Positions 47,167 through 56,523 of a DNA stretch of 64,000 nt are shown here, in pieces (the first letter of the stretch is position 1; every line of letters begins with the position of its first letter). Origin of the DNA: Erysipelotrichales bacterium. GTDB lineage: Bacteria; Bacillota_I; Bacilli_A; Erysipelotrichales; Erysipelotrichaceae. A model generated the notes under the pieces. The model was not told the DNA's origin and ran no database searches. It saw nothing but the letters and a program-made list of their open reading frames with translations. Where the stretch lies: the NCBI GenBank assembly GCA_038204785.1, contig JBBRCP010000001.1:1403-65402 (forward strand), read 5' to 3'. The position numbers and the translations under genes are program-made.

Positions 47167-48062
47167 CGTGACCACCTCAAGTATCGTGTTACGGAAATGA
47201 AACTTCCGAAAAGACCGACCAGAACTGCGATTGTAACCAAGACTGCACTGATTTGGTAGACAAACGGAAATACGGCATGAAGGGTAAAGAGATTAGATAC
47301 CAATACGCCGCCCATTGATTTATAAAGATACATATAGCCGGTTATTGTCGCAATGACCGGAACGATCGAACCTAAGAGTCCGATAATAACACCTTCGATC
47401 AGATAGGGTGCACGAATAAAGTTATTTGATGCTCCAATCGTACGCATGATTGTGATTTCGGTATTACGCGAATAGATTGTTATTTTGATCGTATTGGCAA
47501 TCAAGAAGATCGCAAGGAATGATAGAAAACTAACGAGGATCAAACCACCGTTACGAACACTATTAAGTAAACTGACAAGTTTAACGGTATTTTCTCCGCC
47601 GTAATTAGCGCTTTCGATTCCTTTCATCTTACTAATGATATCAGCGACCAGCGGTAGATCTGCTCCTCTTGAAACATCAACCAGAAAAGCATTTCGAAGT
47701 GGATTGGATTCTCCGCGATACATTTCGAAGATCTTTCCATCTTCACCGAAAGCTAAGATAAAGCTATCCAATTCTTTATTTTTATCTGAATAGGTTACAG
47801 CCGTAACTCCGATGATTTTAGTGATCTGCGATTCCATTTCCAGGATCGCATTCATATCGGTGACATCTGCGTTTATTTTAACGTGGATCTGTACACTGTT
47901 TTCGACACTCCTGGTGATTTGCTGAAGATTCAGCGTTAACAACAAAAACATTGAAACCAGCAACAAGGTGAGTGTTACAGCTGTTACCGAAGAGAGTGAC
48001 ATCGCTCCGTGACGGATGATACCGACGAACCCCTCTTTGATATGGCGGGTAATTCTATGCAT
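47163..48062 (-). CDS. ftsX: Cell-division ABC transporter permease FtsX
   Basis: 299 aa with TM1, a large extracellular loop and 3 C-terminal TM helices. It shares a TAATG overlap with ftsE. Confidence 0.9.
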   Translation of the reverse strand: MHRITRHIKEGFVGIIRHGAMSLSSVTAVTLTLLLVSMFLLLTLNLQQITRSVENSVQIHVKINADVTDMNAILEMESQITKIIGVTAVTYSDKNKELDSFILAFGEDGKIFEMYRGESNPLRNAFLVDVSRGADLPLVADIISKMKGIESANYGGENTVKLVSLLNSVRNGGLILVSFLSFLAIFLIANTIKITIYSRNTEITIMRTIGASNNFIRAPYLIEGVIIGLLGSIVPVIATITGYMYLYKSMGGVLVSNLFTLHAVFPFVYQISAVLVTIAVLVGLFGSFISVTRYLRWSR

Positions 48063-48742
48063 TAAATGTACCCTCCTTCAGTCAGATCGGCGACGATATG
48101 CCCGTCTTGAAGTGCGATCGTCCGTTTACGGTAAGTGTTCACCATACCGATATCATGGGTAACCATCAAGATGGTCGTTTTTTCTTCACGATTGATTTTT
48201 TCAAGCAGTTGCACGATATCCGCTGATTTGGCGGGATCCAGATTACCGGTGGGTTCATCGGCGATCAGTATCTTTGGTCGATTCGCAATCGCACGAGCGA
48301 TCGCTGTACGTTGTTGTTGCCCACCGGATAGATTACGCGGAAATTCATTGGCTTTATCACTTAAGTCAACCAAGGCCAATACTTCGCGAACACGTTGCCG
48401 TGCTTTGAGTTGCGGCATGTTTGTAACCTCTAGTGCGAAATATACATTTTCAAAAACGGTCTTGCGTTCCAACAGTCTGAAATCCTGAAATACGACGCCA
48501 ATATTGCGACGATACATTGGGATTTTCCCTGAACGAAGCTTACCGATATTAATTCCGGTGACTTCAACCAACCCTTTGGTCGGTTTTTCTTCGGCATCCA
48601 ATAATTTAATGAGGGTAGATTTCCCCGATCCGGTCGGACCGATGATATAGACGAATTCTCCCTGTTCAATTAACAGATTGACGTTATACAATGCGTTAAC
48701 GCCGTTGTCGTAAGTTTTGGAGACTTCTTTTAATTTCAGCAT
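48062..48742 (-). CDS. ftsE: Cell-division ABC transporter ATPase FtsE
   Basis: It has Walker A GPTGSGKST, signature LSGGQQQR and Walker B ILIADEPTGNLD. The start is taken as the ATG at 48742 (MLKLKEVSKTY); the alternative is the TTG at 48766. Confidence 0.9.
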   Translation of the reverse strand: MLKLKEVSKTYDNGVNALYNVNLLIEQGEFVYIIGPTGSGKSTLIKLLDAEEKPTKGLVEVTGINIGKLRSGKIPMYRRNIGVVFQDFRLLERKTVFENVYFALEVTNMPQLKARQRVREVLALVDLSDKANEFPRNLSGGQQQRTAIARAIANRPKILIADEPTGNLDPAKSADIVQLLEKINREEKTTILMVTHDIGMVNTYRKRTIALQDGHIVADLTEGGYI

Positions 48743-48836
48743 AGGGTCACATCCAATCTTTTTCAATTATAACATAGTTCACCAAAACGATAACCACCTA
48801 GAGGCAAAAAATCAAATTCACATACTCTACCCTTTT

Positions 48837-49688
48837 TTAAACTTTATAATCAAACGAGAATCCGTTACCCTTCACTTCATAGGCTTCGGTCACGATCATG
48901 AAGGCATCTTTATCGATATTACTCACCAATTTTGTCAGTTCCGAATACTGATTTTTCAAGATAACCGACAGGATCACTTGTCTGTCATCACCGGTAAATC
49001 CACCATGTCCATCCAGGACTGTGGTACCGCGATCTAATTTATCATGAATTGCTTGGATGATCTCCGGATAATAATTGGAGATGATCATAACACTCTTGGA
49101 ATCTTCGGCACCAAACAAGAGTACTTTATCCAACGCGAAAGAACATGCCCATACAGAAATAAACCCAATCAAGACGGGTTCCAGTCCGAAAACAAAAAAC
49201 CCTAAAGTGACCGTGATCGCATCGACGGCTAATACCAATTTAGATACTGCAATCCCGGTATATTTATTGATGACAAGCGGAGGTACATCCATACCGCCGG
49301 TACTCGCTCCGGTCCGAAAGACGCAACCGACTCCGATACCTGCCAATAGTCCACCATACAGGCTCGCCAACATCGGATCGATGTTCGTTGTGATATGACA
49401 AGATGAAATATATGTCAGAAAGATCGGATAGATAAATGAACTGGTGGCGGTATGAAACGCAAACTTGCGTCCAAGAAACAAAGAACCGACGATAAAAAGA
49501 CCGATGATCAGGATATTGATCCAAACTTCGGCCGGGATATTTGTGATCGGAGCGAGTTCGACGGCAATACCGGCAACTCCACCCGAAAGGATATTATAAG
49601 GTAAGATAAAAATACCGACGGCAGCGGCCAAAATAAAGTTTCCGATGACAACCAAGCTCATATCTTTTGCGATTTGTTTAAATTTCAT
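48837..49688 (-). CDS. YitT-family membrane protein with a C-terminal DUF2179 domain
   Basis: It has 5-6 TM helices plus a soluble C-terminal domain. The start is set at the ATG at 49688 (SD GGGGGTG). Confidence 0.75.
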   Translation of the reverse strand: MKFKQIAKDMSLVVIGNFILAAAVGIFILPYNILSGGVAGIAVELAPITNIPAEVWINILIIGLFIVGSLFLGRKFAFHTATSSFIYPIFLTYISSCHITTNIDPMLASLYGGLLAGIGVGCVFRTGASTGGMDVPPLVINKYTGIAVSKLVLAVDAITVTLGFFVFGLEPVLIGFISVWACSFALDKVLLFGAEDSKSVMIISNYYPEIIQAIHDKLDRGTTVLDGHGGFTGDDRQVILSVILKNQYSELTKLVSNIDKDAFMIVTEAYEVKGNGFSFDYKV

Positions 49689-49771
49689 GGTTATCACCCC
49701 CGCTACGGTGATATTATACCATTGAACGCAGTTGGCCGCCACCCCCGACAAGCGTCCCAAAGGAGCTAAAA

Positions 49772-50227
49772 ATGAACCTAAAACACTTCAACTATTCATC
49801 GATTCTGCTCCAAGTACTCTGGATTATCATCATTTTTTCGTTTTCGCTGCAGTCCGGTGACGTATCGAGTGTAAGCAGCGGATGGCTCGCGCAAAATGTG
49901 TTGACCCTAACTAAATCAGTTGGGTTCCATCTATCTTTAAATGATGTCACTTTTCTGGTTCGCAAGACGGCTCATTTCAGTGAGTATGCGATTCTCGGAG
50001 TGATCACTTATACCAATATTGTCCACTTTAAAAAATTCAGATATTACTTTATGGTTAGTTTGGCTATTCCGTTTTTAGATGAGCTGCTTCAACACTTTAT
50101 CAGTGGAAGATATGGATCCCTTGTTGATTCGATGATCGACCTCGCAGGTCTATGCAGTGGGATGTTTATCGCTTATCTGATCCTTATACTTATGAAGAAT
50201 CATTTCGTTCATACGGACGAAATATGA
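49772..50227 (+). CDS. VanZ-family membrane protein
   Basis: 151 aa with 4 TM helices and the RKTAHFSEYAILG motif. The SD is AAAGGAG. Confidence 0.75.
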   Translation: MNLKHFNYSSILLQVLWIIIIFSFSLQSGDVSSVSSGWLAQNVLTLTKSVGFHLSLNDVTFLVRKTAHFSEYAILGVITYTNIVHFKKFRYYFMVSLAIPFLDELLQHFISGRYGSLVDSMIDLAGLCSGMFIAYLILILMKNHFVHTDEI

Positions 50228-50271
50228 TAAAATAAAGAAAACAACATGAGTTCTTGTTGGGGAGAATCCTT

Positions 50272-51183
50272 ATGAAAATTGGAATCATCGATCTTGGGTC
50301 CAATACCATTCGTCTCGTTATTTATAAATGGGAAGGTGGCAGCCTGCAGAAAATCTATAACGTAAAAAAAGAAACACGAGCCATCAGTTATGTTGAAGAC
50401 GGAATGTTGAGTGATGTCGGCATCAAGGCTGTTTATCTCTCACTGCGTGAATTGGTCATGATTGCCCAAGCCTTCGATGTGGATGATCTCCGTATCTTTG
50501 CGACCGCCTCATTACGTAATATCACCAATGGTAAACAAGCACGCGAGTCGGTAGAAAAAGACCTTAAATTAAAAATCGATTTGTTGAGTGGCGAAGAAGA
50601 AGCGCTCTTTGGATTTGATGGTGCGAAACGATCAACGATACTCCCGCGCAAGGGTGTCAGTGTCGATATCGGCGGAGGTTCGACCGAAATCACGTATTTT
50701 GCGAATGGAGTCCCAATCAACCATATTTCACTTCCGATGGGGAGTTTGAATATGTATCTGAAACACATCAAGAATATCGTCCCAACCGCCAAAGAACACG
50801 AAAAAATGCGAGCCGACATCCAAAAGCAATTGGCTCAGGTCGACTGGCTGACCAAGTTAAATGTTGATAATCTAATTGGTATCGGTGGTTCTGCGCGGGC
50901 TATTCTTAAAATCTATCTGGCTCAGACCGGCATCGAAGAAGGTATCTATGATACGATCATCCCGACATCGGAGATTTCTCATACATCGATGATGACCGAA
51001 GGCAAGAAATCGGCCGGTGTGAAGCTCTTACTAAAGGCAGTTCCCGATCGTTTAACGACCGCTTTACCGGGATCCATGATCATGGATGAGATCGCTCGAA
51101 ATCTAAAAGCCAAGAACTTTATTCTATCGAGATATGGCGTACGAGAAGGTTATTTGTTTAACCGTGTGTTAACGAAGGAGTAA
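50272..51183 (+). CDS. ppx: Ppx/GppA-family phosphatase (short exopolyphosphatase form)
   Basis: It has MKIGIIDLGSNTIRLV, DIGGGSTE and an ASKHA fold. The start is set at the ATG at 50272 (SD GGGGAGA). The stop abuts the ppk ATG (TAAATG). Confidence 0.85.
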   Translation: MKIGIIDLGSNTIRLVIYKWEGGSLQKIYNVKKETRAISYVEDGMLSDVGIKAVYLSLRELVMIAQAFDVDDLRIFATASLRNITNGKQARESVEKDLKLKIDLLSGEEEALFGFDGAKRSTILPRKGVSVDIGGGSTEITYFANGVPINHISLPMGSLNMYLKHIKNIVPTAKEHEKMRADIQKQLAQVDWLTKLNVDNLIGIGGSARAILKIYLAQTGIEEGIYDTIIPTSEISHTSMMTEGKKSAGVKLLLKAVPDRLTTALPGSMIMDEIARNLKAKNFILSRYGVREGYLFNRVLTKE

Positions 51184-53346
51184 ATGATGGAAGCTATCTA
51201 TGTAAATCGTGAACTTAGTTGGTTGAAATTTAATCAACGTGTCCTCGAAGAAGCCAACAATACCGGAAATCCGCTGTTTGAACGACTGCGTTTTTTAAGT
51301 ATCGTAGCCAGTAACTTGGATGAGTTCTACATGGTACGAGTAGGTAGTTTATTTGACCAAGCCTTGTTGGATAATCCTGAAGTTGATAATAAGACCCATA
51401 TGACAGTGCGACAACAATTAGATGCGATCTACCGTGAGACCCGTAAATCACTTCCGAATCGCGATAAAGCCTTTCGCGCAATCACGGAAGATCTACGTAA
51501 ACAAGGACTGCGACATTTGAATGCTGAGTCGTTGACTGTTGCGGAAAAGGGGTTTCTCAAGACGTATTTCGATACTGAGATTGCACCTTTAATGTCTCCG
51601 CACATCATCGATAATAAGCATCCATTTCCGCATTTGATCAATAAACAATGTTACATTGCGGTGTTGTTGAAACACAAAGAGAAAAAAAGTTTAGGCATCA
51701 TCCCGATCAATAAACAATTTTTACCTACTTTAGTCTTTGTCCCTGCAGGAAAAAGTACCAAATATATCCTGTTAGAAGAGTTAATCCTGATGTATGCACA
51801 GCGGGTATTCCGTAATATCGAGATCGAAGACCGGGTTATCGCACGTGTTACCCGCAATGCAGATTTGGATGCGGAAGAAGCCTTCTATGATGAAGATAAC
51901 GATTATCGTGAATTCATGAAGAAGTTGATCAAAAAAAGATCAAAACTGCGTCCGGTTCGTTTGGAACTGTCTGGTAAGATCACCACTGAATTTGCGAGTC
52001 TATTGCGTAAGAGATTGAAATTGATCGCTAAACAAGTCTTTGTCTTACATACCCCCTTAAGTTTCGACTACATCAATAAATTGGAAGAAGGCTTGCACGA
52101 TAAAAAATACTCCGAGTTGTTTTATCCAGCGCTCATTGCCCAGTTATCTCCCTATATCAACGCTGAAGAAAGTGTCATTGAACAAGCCCTTCAACATGAT
52201 ATCTTTGTTTCATATCCATTTGATTCAACCATGCCTGTTATACGTCTTTTACAAGAAGCAGCAGTTGATCCAAAAGTAGCAGCGATCAAGATCGCGTTAT
52301 ATCGTGTCGCCAGTGAAAGCAAGATTATCGGAGCCCTGATTGAAGCGGCAGAAAACGGTAAGGAAGTTGTTGTTGCTTTGGAACTAAAAGCGCGTTTCGA
52401 TGAAGAACACAATATCGAATGGTCTGATAAACTTGAAGAAGCAGGATGTAAAGTTCTCTACGGTGTTGAACATTACAAGGTTCATTCCAAGATCATGTTG
52501 ATCTTGCGAAAAGAAGGTAATGTTACGCAGACCCTTACCCATGTATCTTCGGGTAACTATAACGAAAAAACATCACGCTTATATACCGATGTAAATATCA
52601 TTACAGCGAATCGGCAGATTGGTAATGATGCAATCCATTTCTTCAATACCTTACAACTTGGTCAGTTATCCCAAGCTAATGAGTATAAACACCTCATCGC
52701 TTCCCCCTTCGGTGTTAAAAATAAGTTTCTTCAACTGATCGAAGAAGAGATCATCCTGCACCAAGAGTATTCCGATGGACATATCATCATGAAGATGAAT
52801 TCCTTTACGGATAAAGACGTCATCGAAAAACTCGTTGAAGCTTCCAAGCTCGGTGTCAAAGTAGAACTGATCGTACGTGGGATCTGTTGCGTCCTTCCGG
52901 GAATCATCGGAGAGACCCAAAACATTACCGTTCGAAGTATCGTCGGTCGTTTCCTTGAACACTCACGTATCTATTATTTCCATCAACATGGTGAAGAGCG
53001 AATCTACATAGCTTCAGCCGATATGATGACACGTAACACTGAAAAACGTGTTGAGGTTGCTTGCCCGATCTTTGATCGTCATGCGAAAGAAGACTTAAAA
53101 AATATCTTAAACGTCTGTCTGAGTGATAATGTCAAAGCACGAAGTTTGGATCCTTTAGGGAACTATGCGATCCAAAAATGTGTTGCTACCCCACTTAATA
53201 GTCAATTGATCTTGTTTGAACAGGCTTATCAAAAAGCAGCCGAGTCTTCCTATGTTTTTGAAGTTAATCTTGATTATATTCACAATGACGATGAATATGA
53301 TGCAAGTCTTCATAAGATCGTCAAACATCTCAACACGACCGAATAA
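51184..53346 (+). CDS. ppk: Polyphosphate kinase 1
   Basis: 720 aa with the N-terminus YVNRELSWLKFNQRVLEEA and two PLD-like catalytic segments (KVHSKIMLI, LEHSRIYYF). Confidence 0.95.
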   Translation: MMEAIYVNRELSWLKFNQRVLEEANNTGNPLFERLRFLSIVASNLDEFYMVRVGSLFDQALLDNPEVDNKTHMTVRQQLDAIYRETRKSLPNRDKAFRAITEDLRKQGLRHLNAESLTVAEKGFLKTYFDTEIAPLMSPHIIDNKHPFPHLINKQCYIAVLLKHKEKKSLGIIPINKQFLPTLVFVPAGKSTKYILLEELILMYAQRVFRNIEIEDRVIARVTRNADLDAEEAFYDEDNDYREFMKKLIKKRSKLRPVRLELSGKITTEFASLLRKRLKLIAKQVFVLHTPLSFDYINKLEEGLHDKKYSELFYPALIAQLSPYINAEESVIEQALQHDIFVSYPFDSTMPVIRLLQEAAVDPKVAAIKIALYRVASESKIIGALIEAAENGKEVVVALELKARFDEEHNIEWSDKLEEAGCKVLYGVEHYKVHSKIMLILRKEGNVTQTLTHVSSGNYNEKTSRLYTDVNIITANRQIGNDAIHFFNTLQLGQLSQANEYKHLIASPFGVKNKFLQLIEEEIILHQEYSDGHIIMKMNSFTDKDVIEKLVEASKLGVKVELIVRGICCVLPGIIGETQNITVRSIVGRFLEHSRIYYFHQHGEERIYIASADMMTRNTEKRVEVACPIFDRHAKEDLKNILNVCLSDNVKARSLDPLGNYAIQKCVATPLNSQLILFEQAYQKAAESSYVFEVNLDYIHNDDEYDASLHKIVKHLNTTE

Positions 53347-53350
53347 ATAT

Positions 53351-53378
53351 AAAACTACCTGATTAACCGGTAGTTTTT
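53351..53378 (+). terminator. Rho-independent terminator after ppk
   Basis: AAAACTACC ... GGTAGTTTT forms the stem and is followed by TTG. It starts 5 nt after the stop. Confidence 0.7.
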
Positions 53379-53422
53379 GTTTGCCTTCATGGATACAGAA
53401 GATCCTATTTGGTGATTTTTCA

Positions 53423-53522
53423 GTTTCGACTATAGTCGAAATATATTTGATATTAGACTTTAGTTTCGACTATAATCGAAATTAACATTGATTTCAGCTC
53501 ATGTTTCGTTTATAATCGAAAT
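53423..53522 (+). promoter_or_regulatory. Three 20-bp palindromic repeats at exact 40-bp phasing, embedding two tandem promoters
   Basis: The repeats are GTTTCGACTATAGTCGAAAT (53423-53442), GTTTCGACTATAATCGAAAT (53463-53482) and GTTTCGTTTATAATCGAAAT (53503-53522). P1 is TTGATA (53447-53452), 18 nt, TATAAT (53471-53476). P2 is TTGATT (53488-53493), 17 nt, TATAAT (53511-53516). Confidence 0.6.
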
Positions 53523-53534
53523 AGAGGTATAACT

Positions 53535-54716
53535 ATGATAAAAAGAGAAAGATATTTAAATCTACTAAACAAATATAAAGAAAAACCGTTTATTAAAATT
53601 ATTACCGGTCTTAGGCGTTCAGGTAAATCCGTCCTATTGGAGCTCTTTATTCAAGAGTTACTTCAACAAGGTGTAGATAGAGAACATATCCTGAAACTGA
53701 ATTTTGAGTTACCTGAGTACTTTCAACTAAGCAACTATCATGAACTTACTACCTATGTGTTAGACTGGGCAAAAAATAAAAGTGGCCCCATCTATATTTT
53801 TTTAGATGAGATCGGTCGAGTTACAGAATGGGAAAAAGCCGTAAATGGCTTTCATGCTTTGAATAAATTCGATCTCTATATCACTGGTTCTAATGCTGAT
53901 CTGCTTTCTTCAGATCTATCAACTTATTTAGCGGGTCGCTACATAGAGATTTTAGTCCATCCATTTTCATATAAAGAATTCATCCAAGTTCATCCAAAAG
54001 CTACGTTCATGGATTACGTTGTCTTTGGTGGGTTACCTTCTATCTCTGTTTTTGATCTTGATTATGAAACTTCGATGACCGTTTTACGAGATAGTTTTCA
54101 ATCGGCCGTTTTGCAGGATGTCATACAGAGATATGGAATACGCAACACGGTTGTATTAGAAAAACTTATTGTGTATCTTTGTGCCAATACTTCCCAGACT
54201 TTTTCGGCATTATCCATATCAAAATATCTAAAATCTCAACACATCACAGCCACTGTTGACACTGTTTTACACTATATCACGATTCTTACAAGTGCTTTCT
54301 TGATTTATAAAGCATCTCGGCAAGATGTCATTGGAAAGGCGGTATTAAAAACAGAAGAAAAATATTTCATTGCAGATCATGGGTTTAGAGAAGCAATGGT
54401 AGGTAGAAACTCGAATTCAATTGAACTAATTTTAGAAAATATCGTCTTTATTGAACTTATCAGACGAGGATATCAGGTCTATATCGGAAAAGTTGATCAG
54501 TTCGAAATCGATTTTGTTGCTTCTAAGAATGATCAACGAGAATACTATCAAGTTGCTTACTTGTTAGATTCACAAAAAACCCGTGAACGAGAGTTCAGTG
54601 TTTACCGACGGGTACAAGATTCTTATCCGAAATTCGTTATTTCAATCGATGAAATCGACTTTTCACAGGAAGGTATCATACACAAAAATATTGTCCAATT
54701 TCTTGAAGAAGAATAG
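53535..54716 (+). CDS. COG1373-type AAA ATPase (AAA_14 N-terminal domain, DUF4143-like C-terminal domain)
   Basis: 393 aa with Walker A GLRRSGKS and Walker B IFLDEI. The C-terminal region is typical of DUF4143-containing ATPases. Confidence 0.7.
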   Translation: MIKRERYLNLLNKYKEKPFIKIITGLRRSGKSVLLELFIQELLQQGVDREHILKLNFELPEYFQLSNYHELTTYVLDWAKNKSGPIYIFLDEIGRVTEWEKAVNGFHALNKFDLYITGSNADLLSSDLSTYLAGRYIEILVHPFSYKEFIQVHPKATFMDYVVFGGLPSISVFDLDYETSMTVLRDSFQSAVLQDVIQRYGIRNTVVLEKLIVYLCANTSQTFSALSISKYLKSQHITATVDTVLHYITILTSAFLIYKASRQDVIGKAVLKTEEKYFIADHGFREAMVGRNSNSIELILENIVFIELIRRGYQVYIGKVDQFEIDFVASKNDQREYYQVAYLLDSQKTREREFSVYRRVQDSYPKFVISIDEIDFSQEGIIHKNIVQFLEEE

Positions 54717-54739
54717 AGCTGATTAAGCGATTGATATCT

Positions 54740-54800
54740 TCCTTCTTGATGGTTTGGGTCGTCATCAACTTCTCAATTCAGCAAGAAGGATTTTCTTTTT
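54740..54800 (+). terminator. Two-tier hairpin plus T-tract terminating the ATPase gene
   Basis: TCCTTCTTG (54740-54748) pairs with CAAGAAGGA (54782-54790) and is followed by TTTTCTTTTT. Confidence 0.5.
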
Positions 54801-54827
54801 GTTGACTATTAGAAATTATAAATTAAA

Positions 54828-56087
54828 TCAAACTTTTGAATCCGACAACATGATTGTACGGAGTTCTTTATTTTTAGTACTGTTTACGTTAGATGGTATC
54901 GAGCCTGAAAGACGAAGTGCCGCTTTAGCGCATGCCGGCCCGATGATCTCATAAAGGACAGCTGATGATAAAATAATCGTCGATAACATCGCTCCCATTT
55001 CAGTGGGTAAGACACGTTGACCAAGTAAAGCCAGTCCAATCGAAACACCTGCTTGCGGTATTAGTGCCAATCCGAAGTAACGACGGACATTCTCCGGCGA
55101 CTTACCTGCGATCGCACCCATATAGGCTCCAAGAAACTTACCGATCACACGTACCAATGTATAGCCGATACCAAGGACTCCGGCAGTAAAAAGCGATGGA
55201 ACATTCAACCTCATTCCGGAGAGAACAAAGAAAATCATCAAGATCGGCGGTGTAAAACTGTTGATCTGGTGATAGAGAGTTTTATTTTGCGAGGTGTTGA
55301 TATAGGTTGCCCCTAATGCCATACACGCCAGTAAAGGTGAAATATCGAGGGCCGCACACAGACCTGTCACCACTAAAATAACAGCGATGGCTAAAATCAA
55401 ACGATTATCATCTGTCCGTGACTCGCAGATCAGATAGTTCAATCCGAATCCGGCCGCGATGCCTACTAAAATCAGCACTGCATTCAACAAGATCGGAATC
55501 ATGAAAACTGAAATATCTAAGCGTGTATTTGCGCTTGTTGCTTGTATGACTGCGATACAAATACTGAACGCAACCAAAGAAATTACATCATCTAAAGCGA
55601 TAACCTGCAGTACCATGTTGACGAACGTTCCTTTAGCTCTGTATTGACGTATCGTCATGAGTGTCGATGCCGGTGCTGTAGCTGAACTGATCGCCCCTAA
55701 CAACAGTGAAAACATAACAGGTAAGTGAAAAAGATAGATCATTGTCGCTGTGACGACTGTCGCCGTAATGAGTGCTTCGCAAAGTGTCATGATCAACACT
55801 TGGGCACTATTGGCTTTGAGTGTGGATATCTTCAAATATTTACCCACGCCAAATGAGATCAGTGCTAGAGCCACGTCTGTCACAAAGTCCATTCCTTCAA
55901 TGATCGTGTTCGGAATCAGATTCAAAACGAAAGGACCGATCAGAATACCGGCAAAAATATAACCTGTAACATTAGGCAGTTTCAGTTTCTTTGTAATGCG
56001 GGTACTGAAAAAACCTGCGAATAAAATAATGGTTAAACTCAATATTACAATTGAACTTGAATTAAACTGAAGGCTGGTTAGATACAT
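54828..56087 (-). CDS. Cation:proton antiporter (Na+/H+ exchanger family, CPA2/Kef-like membrane domain)
   Basis: About 419 aa with 12-13 TM helices and N-terminal KLPNVTGYIFAGILIGP. The start is set at the ATG at 56087 (SD AAGGAAG). Confidence 0.75.
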   Translation of the reverse strand: MYLTSLQFNSSSIVILSLTIILFAGFFSTRITKKLKLPNVTGYIFAGILIGPFVLNLIPNTIIEGMDFVTDVALALISFGVGKYLKISTLKANSAQVLIMTLCEALITATVVTATMIYLFHLPVMFSLLLGAISSATAPASTLMTIRQYRAKGTFVNMVLQVIALDDVISLVAFSICIAVIQATSANTRLDISVFMIPILLNAVLILVGIAAGFGLNYLICESRTDDNRLILAIAVILVVTGLCAALDISPLLACMALGATYINTSQNKTLYHQINSFTPPILMIFFVLSGMRLNVPSLFTAGVLGIGYTLVRVIGKFLGAYMGAIAGKSPENVRRYFGLALIPQAGVSIGLALLGQRVLPTEMGAMLSTIILSSAVLYEIIGPACAKAALRLSGSIPSNVNSTKNKELRTIMLSDSKV

Positions 56088-56403
56088 GGTTGTACTTCCT
56101 TTCTTATCTAAATTCGCAATCAATAAAGACCTTTGCAGGTTTCAAAGTGGTTTGCGTTGGATTGATTCAAACATAAAAGTCAATCTGTATATTGAGTATA
56201 ACAGGTTTAATTGATAAATACTAATTATGAATATTTTACTTGCTATAAATATAATTGATAGTAAACCGATACAGAAGATAATGGAGTGACTTAGAACTTG
56301 TTCTTCAAGAATCAACTCTATTAAAGTTAGATCTCAGAATTTTATTACTTCAAATTTACATTTTTAAGATTTTCTTCTTTGATTTAATCGTTCAACTCAA
56401 GCC

Positions 56404-56463
56404 ATAAGAAAATCCCTCCATTCATTTCAACGTTTTATTTGCGTTGTTTAATTTGGAGGGATT
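56404..56463 (-). terminator. Hairpin plus T-tract downstream of the GGDEF/HD-GYP gene
   Basis: The minus strand reads AATCCCTCCA ... TGGAGGGATT (10-bp stem, 33-nt loop with an inner CAACG/CGTTG stem), followed by TTTCTT. Confidence 0.45.
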
Positions 56464-56523
56464 CCATTGAAGTAAAAAGATTAAATTTGCTTACTATAGT
56501 CTCACTCATCAATATAATTTAAA

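Noticed and set aside
53423-53522. Possible mini-CRISPR array (three repeats separated by equal-length spacers)
   Set aside because: The repeats and spacers are only 20 bp, and there are only three copies, which decay. The spacers are related to each other, and no cas genes are present. The repeats coincide with -10/-35 promoter geometry, so a promoter/operator duplication fits better.
54754-54954. 66-aa + strand ORF downstream of the ATPase gene
   Set aside because: It starts inside the terminator hairpin and runs antisense into the 3' end of the antiporter gene. It uses a non-ATG start and has no SD.
56088-56523. Riboswitch or leader upstream of the cation/H+ antiporter in the 400-nt AT-rich gap
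   Set aside because: I could not recognise conserved cores of the Mn2+ (yybP-ykoY), Na+ or Li+ riboswitch classes or any convincing multi-stem structure. Part of the gap is explained by the terminator of the upstream GGDEF gene.
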